Notes: a model not told the origin generated them from the letters alone. 64,000 nt of DNA from the human T2T-CHM13v2.0 reference genome, Homo sapiens (GCF_009914755.1 NC_060926.1), one strand, 5' to 3'; positions 45,829-63,246 are shown, counted from the stretch's first letter. Translations and numbers: made by a program.

Positions 45829-47440
45829 GTAAGGGTCCTTGAAAGTTCATCAATGCAAATCTTTAAGTGTATGGTTTACGTAAAGTAAATCATAATTTTC
45901 AGAAACCCTGACATCCTTCTTTTCACTCAACTGGCTTACTTTGTGTACTACCATTTGAGGGATATAACTGATTATAATGATATATTTATGTCGAATCCTG
46001 ATCAAACAGATGTCAACCGTATATGTTGAGTAGGGTGACCATATAATTTACACCACACCAGGAGACTTTTGAGGTTGAAAGAGTGTAATGGTAATTCTCT
46101 ACAACAGTTGGTATAAACATGGACTGTCCTGGGCAAACAATAATTTAGTGCCATCATCATGTGAAGCCAGTGCAATTAAAACTAACACTTTGTACGTTCA
46201 TCTCATGAGGTAAAGTAATAATTCAGTCATTTTAGACAGGGAAAAGTTATAATTTCTTCTTTACTGAGATGATGAAAATCATTTTTAAATGCCTGTCATA
46301 GGTTTTCTTACTCTTTCTTGTTCCCGCAAGAAAGTGTTTGTCAGATGACAACCAAGAAGGAAGATTTAATCTACGTAAGAACACTCTGAAAATTACAAAG
46401 TGTTATGGAAACATTGGTTATATTCTATTATTGAGCAAGGAGGCAATTGAATAGGAAGGCTGGGGTTTAGTCTGCTTTTCTGACCTTGGTTTTAACCCTG
46501 AGGTTTCTTTATTTGAGTAATATTAATCCCCCAAGATGAATTCCAAAGTTAAAAGTGAAATACTTGAGTAAAAGTAAATTACTTTAACATTGTCTATTCC
46601 ATTGTTAAATTCTTTTTTAAAAAATCTCAGTTATCCACAAAGAATTAACAGGTCAAAAACTAGATTTTTATGTATTTAATGGTAGGAATGGTATAACCTG
46701 TTTATTTAGGGAGAACAATAAATTATTTTTTAAAGAACAAGATAAAGATATAACGTAGTTTTATAATCTTGGTTTTGGCTACAAAACAATATTGATTTTA
46801 AGTTGAGATTTATTTTAAGTTGAGATTACATTTTAATTCCTGTCTCATTAAATTAACTGGTAATTCATGAAACTCAGTATAGTGTTTCTAAATTTCAGCT
46901 ACTCATGTACCATCTTCACAGTTTACCGTAGCCCTGTATTACCTATAATGTTACTTTGTCTTTAAATGATTCTCCTTTTTACATAAATTTAAATGTAAAC
47001 AATAACTATTACATATAGGAAAGAAATATTGCTTCTCGTAAATAAAATATACACATAAGCATACGCTAAATTAAATATATAGCTGTTAAAGGTTAATGTG
47101 ATAAATATTTGTGTATATATATAATATATATATATACACCTCCAAAAATTATCTCGATTACTTCTCATGTGTGTATGCCACACTTTGCCAAATAGTAGTG
47201 TTAGCACAGTCATTATACACAGACTGGATTCAAAGTGTAATTCTTGTTAACTGTGTAACATGAAGCAACAAGTTACTTAGATTCTGTTCTCTCACATGTC
47301 AGGTCAGGTTGATAATGTTTTCCTTTCAGAGCCCTCATTACTGTAAAGGCTGAATAATGCCAGTGAAGAGTACCTGTCACATAGTAAGAGCATAATAATT
47401 ATTTGCCCTTATTTATTGTTTTTATTATCTTAATCCTCAG

Positions 47441-47555
47441 ATGTCTTTATCATCTGACAATAGTCATGCTACACAAAACATATCACCCAAGAAAGATGAC
47501 TTTAAAAATGGTGATATAAATGCAGACTTTAGTCAACTGAAACTTGGTGATAAAG
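47441..47555 (+). CDS. RBM44: RBM44 exon 9
   Basis: cctcag| [12 protein letters not shown]...SQLKLGDK |gttagt; phases 0 to 1. Confidence 0.88.
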
Positions 47556-48291
47556 GTTAGTATAAAAATGTGTTATCTTGTATAGTTGCTGGAAAACAAA
47601 ATAAGGTTTAAAGTATTGGTAGTGTTTATTCATTAAATAAAAATAAATTTTCTTAATTGATGGAAAGGCATCATTCTGATTATAAATGTCAAGTATGTTC
47701 TTATTATTGCTACTTGACATCTTTAAGGTTGCCTAATATAGCTGACAATGCTAAATAATAATATGGACTCTTATTCTTCTGGTTCATGTTTTTAGTATGA
47801 AAATTCTCTCTTGTATCTAATTTGTATCTCTGTAAATTGTGTGCATTTTTAGCACATGAAAAGAGATTATGATCATTCCAAAAGATTATTAATTTAATTG
47901 TAATGAAATAAAGGGCTGCAACGCGGCTTAATTCTTTCAAAGATGTTTCATGTTATTGCATATATAAAGATAATATGTCTTTTTCACTAAAGTACAGTTC
48001 AAAATGCCAAAAATTAAGGGTTTCAATAAGCCGGGAATAGTGTTTTAATTAAAGGAAAACTAAGAAACAGATCAGTCAGACTGAAAGCAACTTTTTATTC
48101 AAGGACTGCTGAAAGTCTCTTCTCAGAGAATCTTTTTGCTTGGTTCTCTTATTTTGCTAATATTTCTCTTTAGATTTATACATAAAACTCTAGTAGTCAT
48201 CATCGTACTGATTCATCCATGGTTTTAAGGTAACTTTTCAGTGTGTTGGACGTTACGTGTCATTCATAGCTCACTGTGTTGAGTGTCTTAG

Positions 48292-48420
48292 ACTGCAGAC
48301 ATTACCAAGAGACAAGCGAAGACTGGTCTGATGCTAAAGAGAGCCTGACAGGAGTTGACGTCTCAGGGACACAGGGAAATCAAGTAGAACAAGACACATG
48401 GAATTTGGATCTTACAGGAG
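48292..48420 (+). CDS. RBM44: RBM44 exon 10
   Basis: tcttag| (D)[16 protein letters not shown]...NLDLTG |gttggt; phases 1 to 1. Confidence 0.87.
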
Positions 48421-49225
48421 GTTGGTTCTCAAGAATTTACCGAGAAATCCTAACCTAGATCATTTGTAAAATAGTGCTTACCTGCTTCTGTGTTGTGTTG
48501 GGCAACTGAGTTGTTTTAATATTTTATTCCTGTTTTGGCTTTTCTTTATAAATAAAAAAAGTGAGGAAATTGTTCAGTTGGAGGTCAGTTTTTTAAAGAG
48601 GAAAAAACTGCTAAAAGCTTAAATCCAAGATTTAGTTAACAGGTAGATACCCGCATTCTTCCTCTTGCTCTAGGCCAACATCAGCACTCCTGCAGGGCAT
48701 CATTTTCCTCTTTCCAGGCACGGGTACATGGTGAATAAGACCAGCTTCCCAGTTACCACCAGGCAACCAGTACTAATTTGTCAAATTGGTGTTAATGATG
48801 AAAACTATTTGTTTTCTCTTATTTCAATAATTTTAGGGATGTTTTCATTTTTAGATAGTCCTTAATTGCTTAGAATAGTTATAATTTTCTCTAGTACCTG
48901 TGATTATTGCCCTTCTGTCATTTCTAGTTAAGTTTATGCTACCTTTCCTTATTTTTTCTGTATCTTCTATGGATTTTTCTTTTATTTTCCATATCAGCAT
49001 TGGTTGTATTGTTTTTTCCTGCTTGTCTAAATAATGCTTATTATGGTTTTTTTAATAAAATTTAAAAATATAGGAAAATTAAAAACTGGTTTCTCCAACC
49101 TGCAGTAACCACTATGAATATTTTAATGACCATTTTTATGCATTTTCTTATGCATATATTTAATATACATATACAATTTAAAGTAAGTAGCATTATGTCA
49201 TCTAGTTTTGGGGTTTTGTTGTTGT

Positions 49226-49506
49226 TGTTTGTTTGTTTTTTGAGACAGAGTCTCGCTCTGTCACCCAGGCTGGAGTGGGTGGCACTATCTTGGCTCATTG
49301 CAACCCTTCACCTCCCGGGTTCAAGTGATTCTCCTGCCTCAGCTTACAGGTGCCCGCCACAACACCTGGCTAATTTTTGTATCTTTAGTAGTGACGGGGT
49401 TTCACCAGGTTGGCCAGGCTGATCTTGAACTCCTGATCTCAAGTGATCCACCCACCTCAGCCTCCTGAAGTGCTGGGATTAGAGGCGTGAGCCACTGCAC
49501 CCAGCC
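49226..49506 (-). mobile_element. AluS
   Basis: Antisense dimer; tcatctagttt on both sides. Confidence 0.9.
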
Positions 49507-49929
49507 CCATATCATCTAGTTTATTCTGTTTTTTCTTCCCTTGCATTAGTTTTCTTCATGTCACGTATCACAATACTGTATGGTTTGCTTACTTGATATA
49601 TTGACTGCCTTCCCATCCTCTCATTAGCTCAGTGAGCTCAGGGATTTTTATGTGTTTTGTTTACTGCCTATCTCCAGTGCCAGGTACGGCATGCAGCCCA
49701 TTGGATATTCATTAGCTATTTTGTGTTGAAGTAGTGAAAGGTGAGGTGATGGGTATAATGTATGTCTTCTGATTCTTATTTACCCTTTTTTACTGTACTG
49801 TAGCTCATTATTCCCTCCTCACTCCAGTGTAAAAATATAAAGGTAGGTGGTTTTGCTGTTTTCTCTATAGAATACATCATTATTCAAAGAGATTAACAAA
49901 TAAAATAAGTTAATGAAGGTTAGGTATTA

Positions 49930-50130
49930 TTACCTAAGCTGACAAACTCTGCCTGGATTCCAGCACCACTACTTACTCTATTTGTGACCTAAACTCCTGA
50001 GACCTCAGCATCCTTATCTGTAAAATGAAAATAATAATAGCTACCTTGTGGCGTGGTTGTGAGAATTACATGAGATGATGTGTATAAAGTGCTTGCCATG
50101 TTGCCTGGAGCATCAGAAACATTGGATAAG
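49930..50130 (+). mobile_element. MIR
   Basis: cctcagcatccttatctgtaaaatgaaaataataatag core. Confidence 0.8.
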
Positions 50131-50679
50131 TGTTAGGCTACTCTTATATATTATTTATTATTATTTAATGAAAAAAATAAAATTTCCACATCTCCCATTA
50201 CTATATAAAAATTATAAAGCATATAAATAAAAGCTACTTTAAGGATTTATTCAGCAAATATTTGTGTACTTCCTGTGTGCCAGGTATGGGATTTGCTAGT
50301 AATTTGAATCTCTATTCAGTGGATCCTTTTTGGTTTCAGGTTCTCTTCACAATAGAGACTATGAAAACGTACTCTTAAGAATTTTGAAATTTTTTATCAA
50401 GAAAAATATTTATCTATAATCCTAGTATTTGTAATTTGGAAAATCATGCTGTCTAACTCAAGTTGTCTCTCCCCTTTTTTGTGTGCCCTTACCGTTATTG
50501 CAAGCTATATATTATAATACCTGCTATTATATTGCCCAATTAAAAGGTTTTCTTGGTGTGATGTTTCCCCAGCAACGGAATGTGCATAATGAGAGCTCTC
50601 AGACCACTAGCTCTAGCCAGCATTAACACTAGGGAGTTAAGATCCTGTGTGTGTCCACTGTTCTAGATAGCACTTCTCT

Positions 50680-50956
50680 GAACCAAAGACAAAGACAATC
50701 AACTGCAGATTGAAAATATTTTTTAAAAGCCTGTACTAAACATATACAGACTTTTTGGGAGGCTCATTATTCCCTAAACAATACAGTATAACAAGTATTT
50801 ACATTGTATTAGGTATTATAACTAATCTAGAGATGATTTAAAGTACACAGAAGGATGTGTGTAGGTTATATGCAAATACTGTGCCATTTTACATAAGGGA
50901 CTTGAGCATCCTTGGAGTGTCCTAGAACCAGTCCCCCAGGGATACTGAGGGACAAC
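50680..50956 (+). mobile_element. Tigger3/MER2-type TcMar MITE fragment
   Basis: cattattccctaaacaatacagtataac...aatctagagatgatttaaagta...gatactgagggacaac. Confidence 0.75.
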
Positions 50957-51250
50957 AATTACAGTAATTGATTACTTTGTTTAGATGTAATTTATTCATT
51001 TTTGAGCTACAAGAGACTTAACTAACCCAGCCTCTTTAGTTTTTAAGATGATGTGATTAAGGCCCAGAAATCTTAAAACTATATTGCAGGCTCTTAGTCC
51101 TCAGTCTAGAAGTGCTGATAGTTGCTGATAACTTTATAATAAACTCTGGGTTAGTAGAAAGGAAACAAAATATTTAACAGTGTTCACATTTTCTCTGAAA
51201 CATATCAGTACAATAAAGATCATTTCTGTTACATGTTTTTCTCTAAGCAG

Positions 51251-51330
51251 AAATGAAGAATGTTGAACCCTCACAAAGAGATAAAGGTTATTTGATACAT
51301 GTTGGTGGCCTCTGCCCTTCAGTATCTGAG
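51251..51330 (+). CDS. RBM44: RBM44 exon 11 (start of RRM, RNP2)
   Basis: aagcag| (E)[26 protein letters not shown] |gtatac; phases 1 to 0. Confidence 0.92.
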
Positions 51331-51433
51331 GTATACCAGGATTATTTTTTTGAGCTTCATTTTCAAATTTATTAGTTGTTCATATTTGTTGTTTTTTTCT
51401 ACCTTTCACAAACTTTTATTTCTCTTCTTTTAG

Positions 51434-51504
51434 GCCGATTTAAGGTCTCATTTCCAAAAATACCAAGTTTCTGAAATTTCAATTTATGATTCTACTAATT
51501 ACAG
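51434..51504 (+). CDS. RBM44: RBM44 exon 12 (RRM)
   Basis: ttttag| ADLRSHFQKYQVSEISIYDSTNY(R) |gtgtgt; phases 0 to 2. Confidence 0.92.
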
Positions 51505-51779
51505 GTGTGTTTCCCAACTTTAATCAATGTGCATTATTATGTGTCTGCTGTTTGCCAAAGGTTCTATACCAGATATCAGCCACAGTGGTGATAAAGTCAA
51601 GGGTTATTCTCACAGGGTTTCACAGGCCAGGGAAGGGGACATAGGGACAAATAGCTGCAATCTTGAGTTGATACTGTTCTTAACCAGATCTTTTTTTTCA
51701 TTATACTTTATAACTTGTTAATGGTATACAGGAGAGTTATTGATTTTTGTATACTTTATCTTGCTACATGCCACTTCAT

Positions 51780-52025
51780 AGGGGAAGTAGAGCACATTAG
51801 GTAAAAGAACGGCTTCCAGAAATAGATAACATCGGTTCAATTCCCAGCTCTGTCAACAACTTGGTTAATAAATTTAGGCAAGTTACTTAACCTTTCTGTA
51901 CCTCAGCCTCTTTGTCTATAAAGTGAGGATAATAATACTAACTTCACAGCATTGCTGTGAAACTGTTAGAAGTAAAATATGTGAAACACTAGGAATAAAG
52001 CCTGGCACATAGTAGGTGCTCAGAA
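51780..52025 (+). mobile_element. MIR
   Basis: ggttcaattcccagctctg...ggcaagttacttaacctttctgtacctcag...cctggcacatagtaggtgctc. Confidence 0.85.
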
Positions 52026-53217
52026 AATTGTATTTCATTTCACTGTTTCTGATTTCAGTTACTTTTTAGTTGACACTTTTTATATATTTTAGGTAGACAG
52101 CTACCTCATTTACATGTAGTCAGTCTGAGTATGTATGTTGCTACTTTCTGTTTTGTGACATTGCCAGATCATTCAAAAGTATTAAATAACAATGGCGATA
52201 GCTTAATGGAAATTTTTTTACTGTTTCATTATTAAAAGTGATAGCTGTTTATTTCAGATATAAAATTTTTATCAATTAAGAAAGGATCCTGTTTGTAGTT
52301 GGGGTTGCAATTTATTAAAAATGTGTGTCTTAAATGAAGTCATATAATTGTAAGATAATTGTTCAGCTGTAATTATTTAACCTGTTGATATGATGTTAAT
52401 ACATTTCATTAAAGTAGTATTGTAATCCTAGGATTATTACTTGATGTGAAAACTCTTTTAGTATCTTGTTGAATACTTTTTTAAAACTATGTTTTTTTCT
52501 TACTTGAAGTATTTTGCATTCTGTGTAGAAATTTAGAAAGTACAATTAAGTGCAAAACTACAAGGAGTTTATAAAAATGTATCCATAGTCCCATCATTTG
52601 AAAACAGCCACTCTTCCCGGGATTTGGTATATATCCTTCCATTGACGCTGTCTAGGGCTGATGATTTTATAGGAATAGCTATTGCCCAACTTTCTTGTAT
52701 ATATAATTAAAATTCTGATTAGATTTTCCAACTCTTTGTTTTTGTCTGTATATTTCCCCACTACAAGGTCATAAAGATACACTTTTGCATATTCTGCTAA
52801 ATATTTAAAATTTTGCCTCTCACATTTAAGCCTTTAAGTTATCTGAAGTTTACGTTTATACATAGGGATTAGTTTTAGGTTTTTAAGTTATGGATAACCA
52901 GTTGTCCCCAGACCACTAATCTCTGCAACTCTATCATATATTAGCTTCGCAAATATTTTACATTAGATTTTAATATGAAATTAATAGGAGATAATGTGTA
53001 AGAAATACTTTTCTTCTATTTCCCATCTTTAACTTGGTTTTTATTTAGTTATCCTAAATAAATATTCTTCTTAATCCCAAGGTAAGTACAGCAACCTTTT
53101 TATTTTTAAAAGCAGTTACTCTTGTGAAAAACGTATTTGCATCAGTAGTTGCAAAATTAAGTTTGATGTAATTTGAAGTCATTAACAACCTTTTGGTTTT
53201 CTGCTCTTATGTTTTAG

Positions 53218-53503
53218 ATATGCATCTCTTGCTTTTACAAAAAACAGCGATGCAAAGATAGCTGTGAAAGAAATGAATGGGATAGAAATAAATGGAAAGT
53301 CAGTAAATGTGTGGCCTGTTAAAATTCTTGGAGAATATACATCACCACTTTCCTCCAAAAATGGGAATAGAATTAGTTCGAATAATTTAGAGAAAAGCAC
53401 CAACAAACAAATCCACTCAGAATTCTCCATTTCTAGATTGCCCAGAACTAGGCCACGGCAGCTGGGTTCTGAGCAAGACAGTGAGGTTTTCCCTTCCGAC
53501 CAG
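53218..53503 (+). CDS. RBM44: RBM44 exon 13 (RRM end and linker)
   Basis: ttttag| [31 protein letters not shown]...FPSDQ |gttagt; phases 2 to 0. Confidence 0.93.
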
Positions 53504-53959
53504 GTTAGTGTTTTTGATAGATCCCTTAAATGGTCTTTGTACGTCATATTGCTGTAAGTAGCTTTGTAGAATAAATAACTTCAATATGCAGTCTTGAAAT
53601 GGGAATGACAGCATTAATCTGAATTGTTTTCAACCTTGAATCCACCTCAACCTGCTTTTGTACAACTCCAATTGTTCCTGGGGGGAAATCTAGATCTTTG
53701 TAGACCAAGCTAACGAAAAACTCGTTTTAACTAGGCTCTTTGCCAGTCTTTCGCCGTCTTTTTATTACTACTCTATAAGTAACTAATTATAATTTCATCT
53801 TTATTTTTCTTTCATAGCTAACTTTATCTCATAATTGTTAAAACCGTAAAATGTAGTCATTGTATTTTCATATATTCTCATGTCTCTCTTATGGAGGTAA
53901 ACACCCTGTGAAAAGTGGTAAAGTTTGCCTTGTTCAGTCTTTTCTCTCCACTGCTCAGC

Positions 53960-54980
53960 AAATTGCCTGGAGTCCCATAGGCATTCCACAGATTTTAAAA
54001 AAAAAATTACGCACAGTAAAATTCAATACTTTTTGGTGCCTATAGCTTTAGACAAATGCATATAGGCAAGTCACCACCACCATAATCAAGATTCAGAACA
54101 GTTCCATCACTCCAGAGAATTATCTTGTGCTCTGATCTGTTTCCTATTCTTAAAACTTGACCTTTTTCAGAATGTTATATAAATGAAATTATACTATATA
54201 GCCCTGTTAGCCTGGCTTCTTTCCCTGAATGCATTTGAGATTGATCCATGTTGTTGTGTATACTGGTATTTTATTCCTGCTTATGTTGTGTCCATTTTTA
54301 TTCAGTTTATTTTATTATTGAATTTTGATTTTTTAATATTCTGATTTTAAGTCCTTTACCAGATAGGTGATTTGCAAATAATTTTTCTCACTTCGTGCCT
54401 TGTCTTTTCATTCCCTTAACAGTGTCTTTCTCAGAACAGGGATTTTTTTTAGTATTTATGAAGTATAATTTATTAATTTTTTTCATTTATAATGTATGCT
54501 TTTAGTGTTGAAGCTAAGAAATCTTAGCATAATCCAAGGTCACAGAGATTTTGAGTTAATTTTTATATATTGTTTCAGGTATTTGTTGAGGTAATTATTG
54601 TTTATTTGCATTTGTTTCTGTTTTGCATATGGAATAGTTCCAGCATCATTTGTTAAAAAGATGATCCTATTTCTGTTGAATTACCTTTGCACCTTGGTCA
54701 AAAATCAATTGACCATGTTTGTGTGAGTCTATTTTTAGACTGGAACTGTTTCGCTGAACTGTCTCTTTCTACCCATAGTACACTGTCTTCATTACTGTAG
54801 CTTCATAGTAAGTTTTGAAATCAGGTGGGATGAGTCCTCTAACTTTATTCTTTTTCAGAGTTATTGTAGCTATTTAGTCTCTTTGCCTTGCTGTATACTT
54901 TTATAATTCACCGTCTATCTACAAAAAAAAAAAATCCTACTTGGATTTTTGCTGGGATTATTTTGAATCCATAGATCAGC
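53960..54980 (-). mobile_element. Old L1M fragment
   Basis: ccagcatcatttgttaaaaaga...gtcaaaaatcaattgaccat...gtgagtctattt. Confidence 0.75.
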
Positions 54981-55199
54981 ACAAGAATAAATACTTGTTG
55001 AATAAATGTATCTGATTTTTTCCCTTAATAAGATAAAGGGATCTCTTCTAACTGTGTCCTTTATCCAGTCCTTTCCTCATTCCTGGAGTTATCCCATTCC
55101 TTTTCTCTACTATTAGCAACTCCGCTTCCACTCACAGACCTTCGCCTGTACTCCAAGTCAGGCACAGCCCTTCCTAATCCTGACAGGATTTTCACTTGA

Positions 55200-55709
<510 letters not shown>

Positions 55710-56155
55710 TAAGGCACTAGTGACCTTTTATTTGTCTTTCCCTCATCTGCCTTCCTCTTTACTACTTTACCTGTTTGACACTGTTCATCCCTTTCTTGAA
55801 ACTTTTCCTTTCATCTCAGTGACCCTTCATGTGTGGGATTGATTTGTTTGGTACATAGCCTCGATCTACAGCAGGAAGGAAGGAAATAAAGTGCAGTGAA
55901 GCTGCGTGGGGCCCTGAGCTGGAGGTTTGGGAACTGTGGCTCTCCCTTTCTTCTCTCGTGTAGCACATGTGGTCTCCTGCCTCTGCTCTCCCTGTGTTCA
56001 TTCCCCTTATTCCCCTCTCTCTACAGACTGCTTTTCTCTGCTCATGACTGCTTTCTTCCCCCATTTGGCTTTGTTTTGCTTGATTCTAACTCTGTATTTT
56101 CAATTCAAGTCCCTGTGATTTGAGTAATTCATTTGCTTCATGTTCTAATTTCAGT

Positions 56156-56484
<329 letters not shown>

Positions 56485-56769
56485 TGATCCAGGCTGTGAT
56501 TTTGATGTTCATTAGCTCAGGCAGCAACACTCTTGGTCCTGTCAGCTGTGGCAGTGGGCCATGGGGTTGGGAGAGAGACGTTATAAAGAGGGCCGTACAG
56601 GCTGTTGGTAGGAGTATGTGGATAGGGAAGCTCCTGTAACCATCTTTGTTAAACTATACTCCAAGTTCTCTTTCCTTTCTGGCAATTTCTTGTTCCCTTG
56701 TTCTTTTTCTGATTCTCAACATTATTATTTATTCTATTCATTTAGAAAATATTGATTGTCTACAATGAG

Positions 56770-57250
56770 AAGCAGAATCGTGGTGATTAATAAAAACTCT
56801 TCGATTCATAACCTGGCTCTGCCACTTACTCACCATGTGACTCTGGAAAACTAATCTAACCTTTCCGTTTCTGAGCTTCCTTATCTTAAAATGGAGATGA
56901 GAGCCATTACCTCACAAATGTTGATGAGCTTAAATAAGCTTAATACAGAAAAATTTTTAGAACGGTGCCTACCATGGAAGATGTACCCAGAAAATATTAG
57001 CTGTTGTTGTTATTACTTACCAATAATTTGGCTTCTTTCTTGGAGAGCACTTAACTTCAACTGTCACTTAAACTATTGTATCCCAAACTTTTTATTTATT
57101 AAACAAATAGTTATTACATACCAACTGTGTACACTATTCTAGGCACTGGGAAAGCAACAATGAACAAAAGAGACAAAAATCTGTACTCTTAAGGAGCTAA
57201 AATCTAGTGAGGGAGATAAGGCAATAAACAAGCAAGTGAAAGATACAATG
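56770..57250. mobile_element. MIR (~56770-57010, +) and L2 fragment (~57090-57250, -)
   Basis: MIR core ctggctctgccacttact...taaaatggagatg; L2-like ctaggcactggg...aatgaacaaaagagacaaaaat. Confidence 0.65.
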
Positions 57251-57996
57251 TTCTGATGTGAAAGGTCCAGTATATCATGTGTCTTGCCCTGACTTTTCAT
57301 CGAGGCTTTAAAGTCTGAGTCCTTCCTTTGTTGAACTTTTATGGGATTTACAGTGGTTTTCTACAATTTATAGCCTACTTGCAGTGTTAACAGTAACTAA
57401 TTGGTCATTTTAATTTTGTCTCTTCGCAATAGAGGGTTCTGTTTTATGTCACTATAGTTTTTCCCCCACAGCATATAGTGCACTTCTGGGCATACAATTT
57501 GTATTCATTACATACAGCATATAGTAAATACAATGTAAAATATCTCTAATTACTGTGTAGCCTTTCTTAGGTTGGTTAAGAGAATTAAGCCTTAATGCCC
57601 TAAGCCTAAAACATTTATTTAATGAATGAATCTCTCTCCTGTGCATCCAAAATGAAACTAGTTATGTCCTATCTTTGAGAGAATTGAGAAAGTAGTTACA
57701 TCATTTTCTGTGTTCTATGGTTCAGATGAGGAATCTGGTTGAGAAAGCCTTATTTAGACATAGCCTCCTATAGTTTATCAGTAAGAAAAAATGTTGGGTA
57801 TGTTTTGTACTACATGGCCCTGAAACACAGCTCAAGTAAATGCAATTGGTATAAACAATCCCAAGTTAAAGTAAATTTTTAAGGAATTTTTATTTTATTA
57901 TTTTAATTTTCAAATATATTATTGTTGAATAAGCGGTATTATCTTTATGTAATGGTCCTTACTGATTTTAAGAAAACTTTTTAAATGCTTATTTAG

Positions 57997-58142
57997 GGTG
58001 TCAAGAAGAATTGTAAGCAGATTGAATCTGCTAAATTATTACCTGATACACCCGTTCAATTCATACCTCCAAATACATTGAACCTTCGTAGCTTTACCAA
58101 GATCATAAAGAGACTGGCTGAACTGCATCCAGAAGTCAGCAG
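57997..58142 (+). CDS. RBM44: RBM44 exon 14
   Basis: atttag| GVKKNCKQ...[26 protein letters not shown](R) |gtaata; phases 0 to 2. Confidence 0.92.
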
Positions 58143-58277
58143 GTAATAACCAAAATTATATTTTAACTGCTTTAAAACTTCTGTGTAAAAATATAGTTCA
58201 AGTTAATAACTTAGATATATTCAGAATGTATTCCTTTGGAAAAGACAAATACTCATGTATGTTTTCCTTTTTCATAG

Positions 58278-58401
58278 AGACCATATTATAAATGCACTTC
58301 AGGAAGTGAGAATAAGACATAAAGGTTTTCTGAATGGCTTATCTATTACTACTATTGTGGAGATGACTTCATCTCTTCTGAAAAACTCTGCTTCCAGTTA
58401 G
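58278..58401 (+). CDS. RBM44: RBM44 exon 15, last coding exon (exon continues to 58423)
   Basis: ttcatag| [11 protein letters not shown]...LLKNSASS* with TAG at 58399-58401; donor GAG|gtaaag after 58423. The 14 coding segments sum to 3159 nt. Confidence 0.92.
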
Positions 58402-58569
58402 GAATTCAAAAAACAATAAAGAGGTAAAGTAATCATATTCTTTTGTATTTGAATATTACTTAAAATTTATAAGCTATTGATTTCATTTTCTTTTTACATA
58501 AAAAACATATTAAATTTAAAATAATAATATAATCACAAAATAATATGAAATTTTAAAACAAGCATACTG

Positions 58570-58943
58570 TAATTAGTTAACTACTAAGGCAAAACTAATT
58601 ACCCTAAAATTGACTGGCTTAAACAACACTCATAAACTCACAGTTTGCAGATCAGGATTCAGGAGTGACTTAGCCGGGTAGTTTTAGCTCAGGGTTTTTC
58701 ATGTTGCAGTCAAGATGTTGGCCTGGACTGTAGTCATTCAGAGGCTTCCCTGAGACCAGAGGATCTGCTTCTCAGGGGGCTCATTCACATGTCTGTTGGC
58801 AAGAGGCCTCAGTTCCTCACCACATAGGCTCTTCCATAAGGCTCTTCAAATGTCTTTGCATCATGGCAGCTGGCTTCCCCTAAGCAAGAGAGAGAGAGAG
58901 CAAGATGGAAGCTGCATTGTCTTGTATTATCTACCCTCAGTAG
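58570..58943 (-). mobile_element. MLT1-type MaLR LTR
   Basis: ggcttaaacaac...ctcacagtt...atcaggattcaggagtgacttagccggg. Confidence 0.7.
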
Positions 58944-62119
<3,176 letters not shown>

Positions 62120-62631
62120 TGACATGAGTACATCAGAGAAAAACTGCTTGAAAAATTAAAGCCTATAAGAACTATAAAGCAGCTGGAGGGAGAAAGTTTA
62201 CCTTAAGAGTGCAACAGTTAGATTCACAGCTGACTCGCAACAGAAGTCACCAAACAATTCTCCAAGCCCAAAGCTCTAGACCCAGGAAGAGAGCCTTCAA
62301 AAATAAATGTAAAATAACTAATTATCTTGCAAATAAAAAAACTAAGATAATTTGTTACTTTAGAAGAAGCCCTACTCTAAAGAAAATACCAGAATGTTCT
62401 CTGGGGAAAAAAGTGATTTTAAATGAAAGGTCAGAGGTACAGGAGACATGAAGATCAACGAAGATTAAATATGTGGTAGGTCTCAATCAATATTGACTGT
62501 AGAAACAAAAATAATGATGTTTTATAGGTTCTAATATAATTAAAATACATGAAAATACTAATACATAAGTTGAGAGGGGATTAAGTATTCTTACTAAACA
62601 CCTTGCAGTTTGGGAAGAGAGTAAGATGTTC

Positions 62632-63173
62632 TGTGTTGGGGGTACTCAAGACCACCCCAAGCTTCATTATATGCTAGGAGGACTCACATTACTCAGTATA
62701 TAGATGTATTCATGGCTATGATTTATTACAGCAACAAAATATGAAGCAAAATCAGCAAAGGGAAAAGGTACATAAGGTAAAGTCTGGAGGAAACAGGGTT
62801 CCAAAAGTCCTTTTCCAGTGGAATCACACAAGATGTGCTTAATTTCAATGAATTGTGACACCTATAAAATGTTGTCTACCAGGGAAGCTCATTAAAGACT
62901 CAGTGCCCAAGGATTTTACTGGGGGATGGTCATGTAGTTGCCCTCTGCCTAGCACATACTGTAGCTCCAGGCTGTCAGGGAGCAGCAATTCAACATAAAC
63001 CACATTGTTTGTATAGCAGTTTTAGTATAGTGAGGCACTCATCATTTCTGGAAATGGTGGGAACCCCCACCCCAAAATCACAAGTTCCTAGTTACCAGCC
63101 AGGGGCCAACCTTGCAAGCAGGTCTTTCTAAGGATGGCAGTCTTAGGCCTGCTACTTTAACCCTTTTTCTACA
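62632..63173 (-). mobile_element. MER21-family LTR
   Basis: caagaccaccccaag...ctaggaggactcaca...gatttattacagc...aaaatcagcaaagggaaaagg. Confidence 0.75.
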
Positions 63174-63246
63174 TATGTGCCAGTTGATATCAGAACAACG
63201 AATCCATGTTGTAAATCTGGGGGCAACTACTAAAAGAACAATTTTC

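Noticed and set aside
51331-51433. U12-type intron (donor GTATAC)
   Set aside because: It does not match GTATCCTT, has no clear TCCTTAAC branch point, and has an ordinary polypyrimidine tract.
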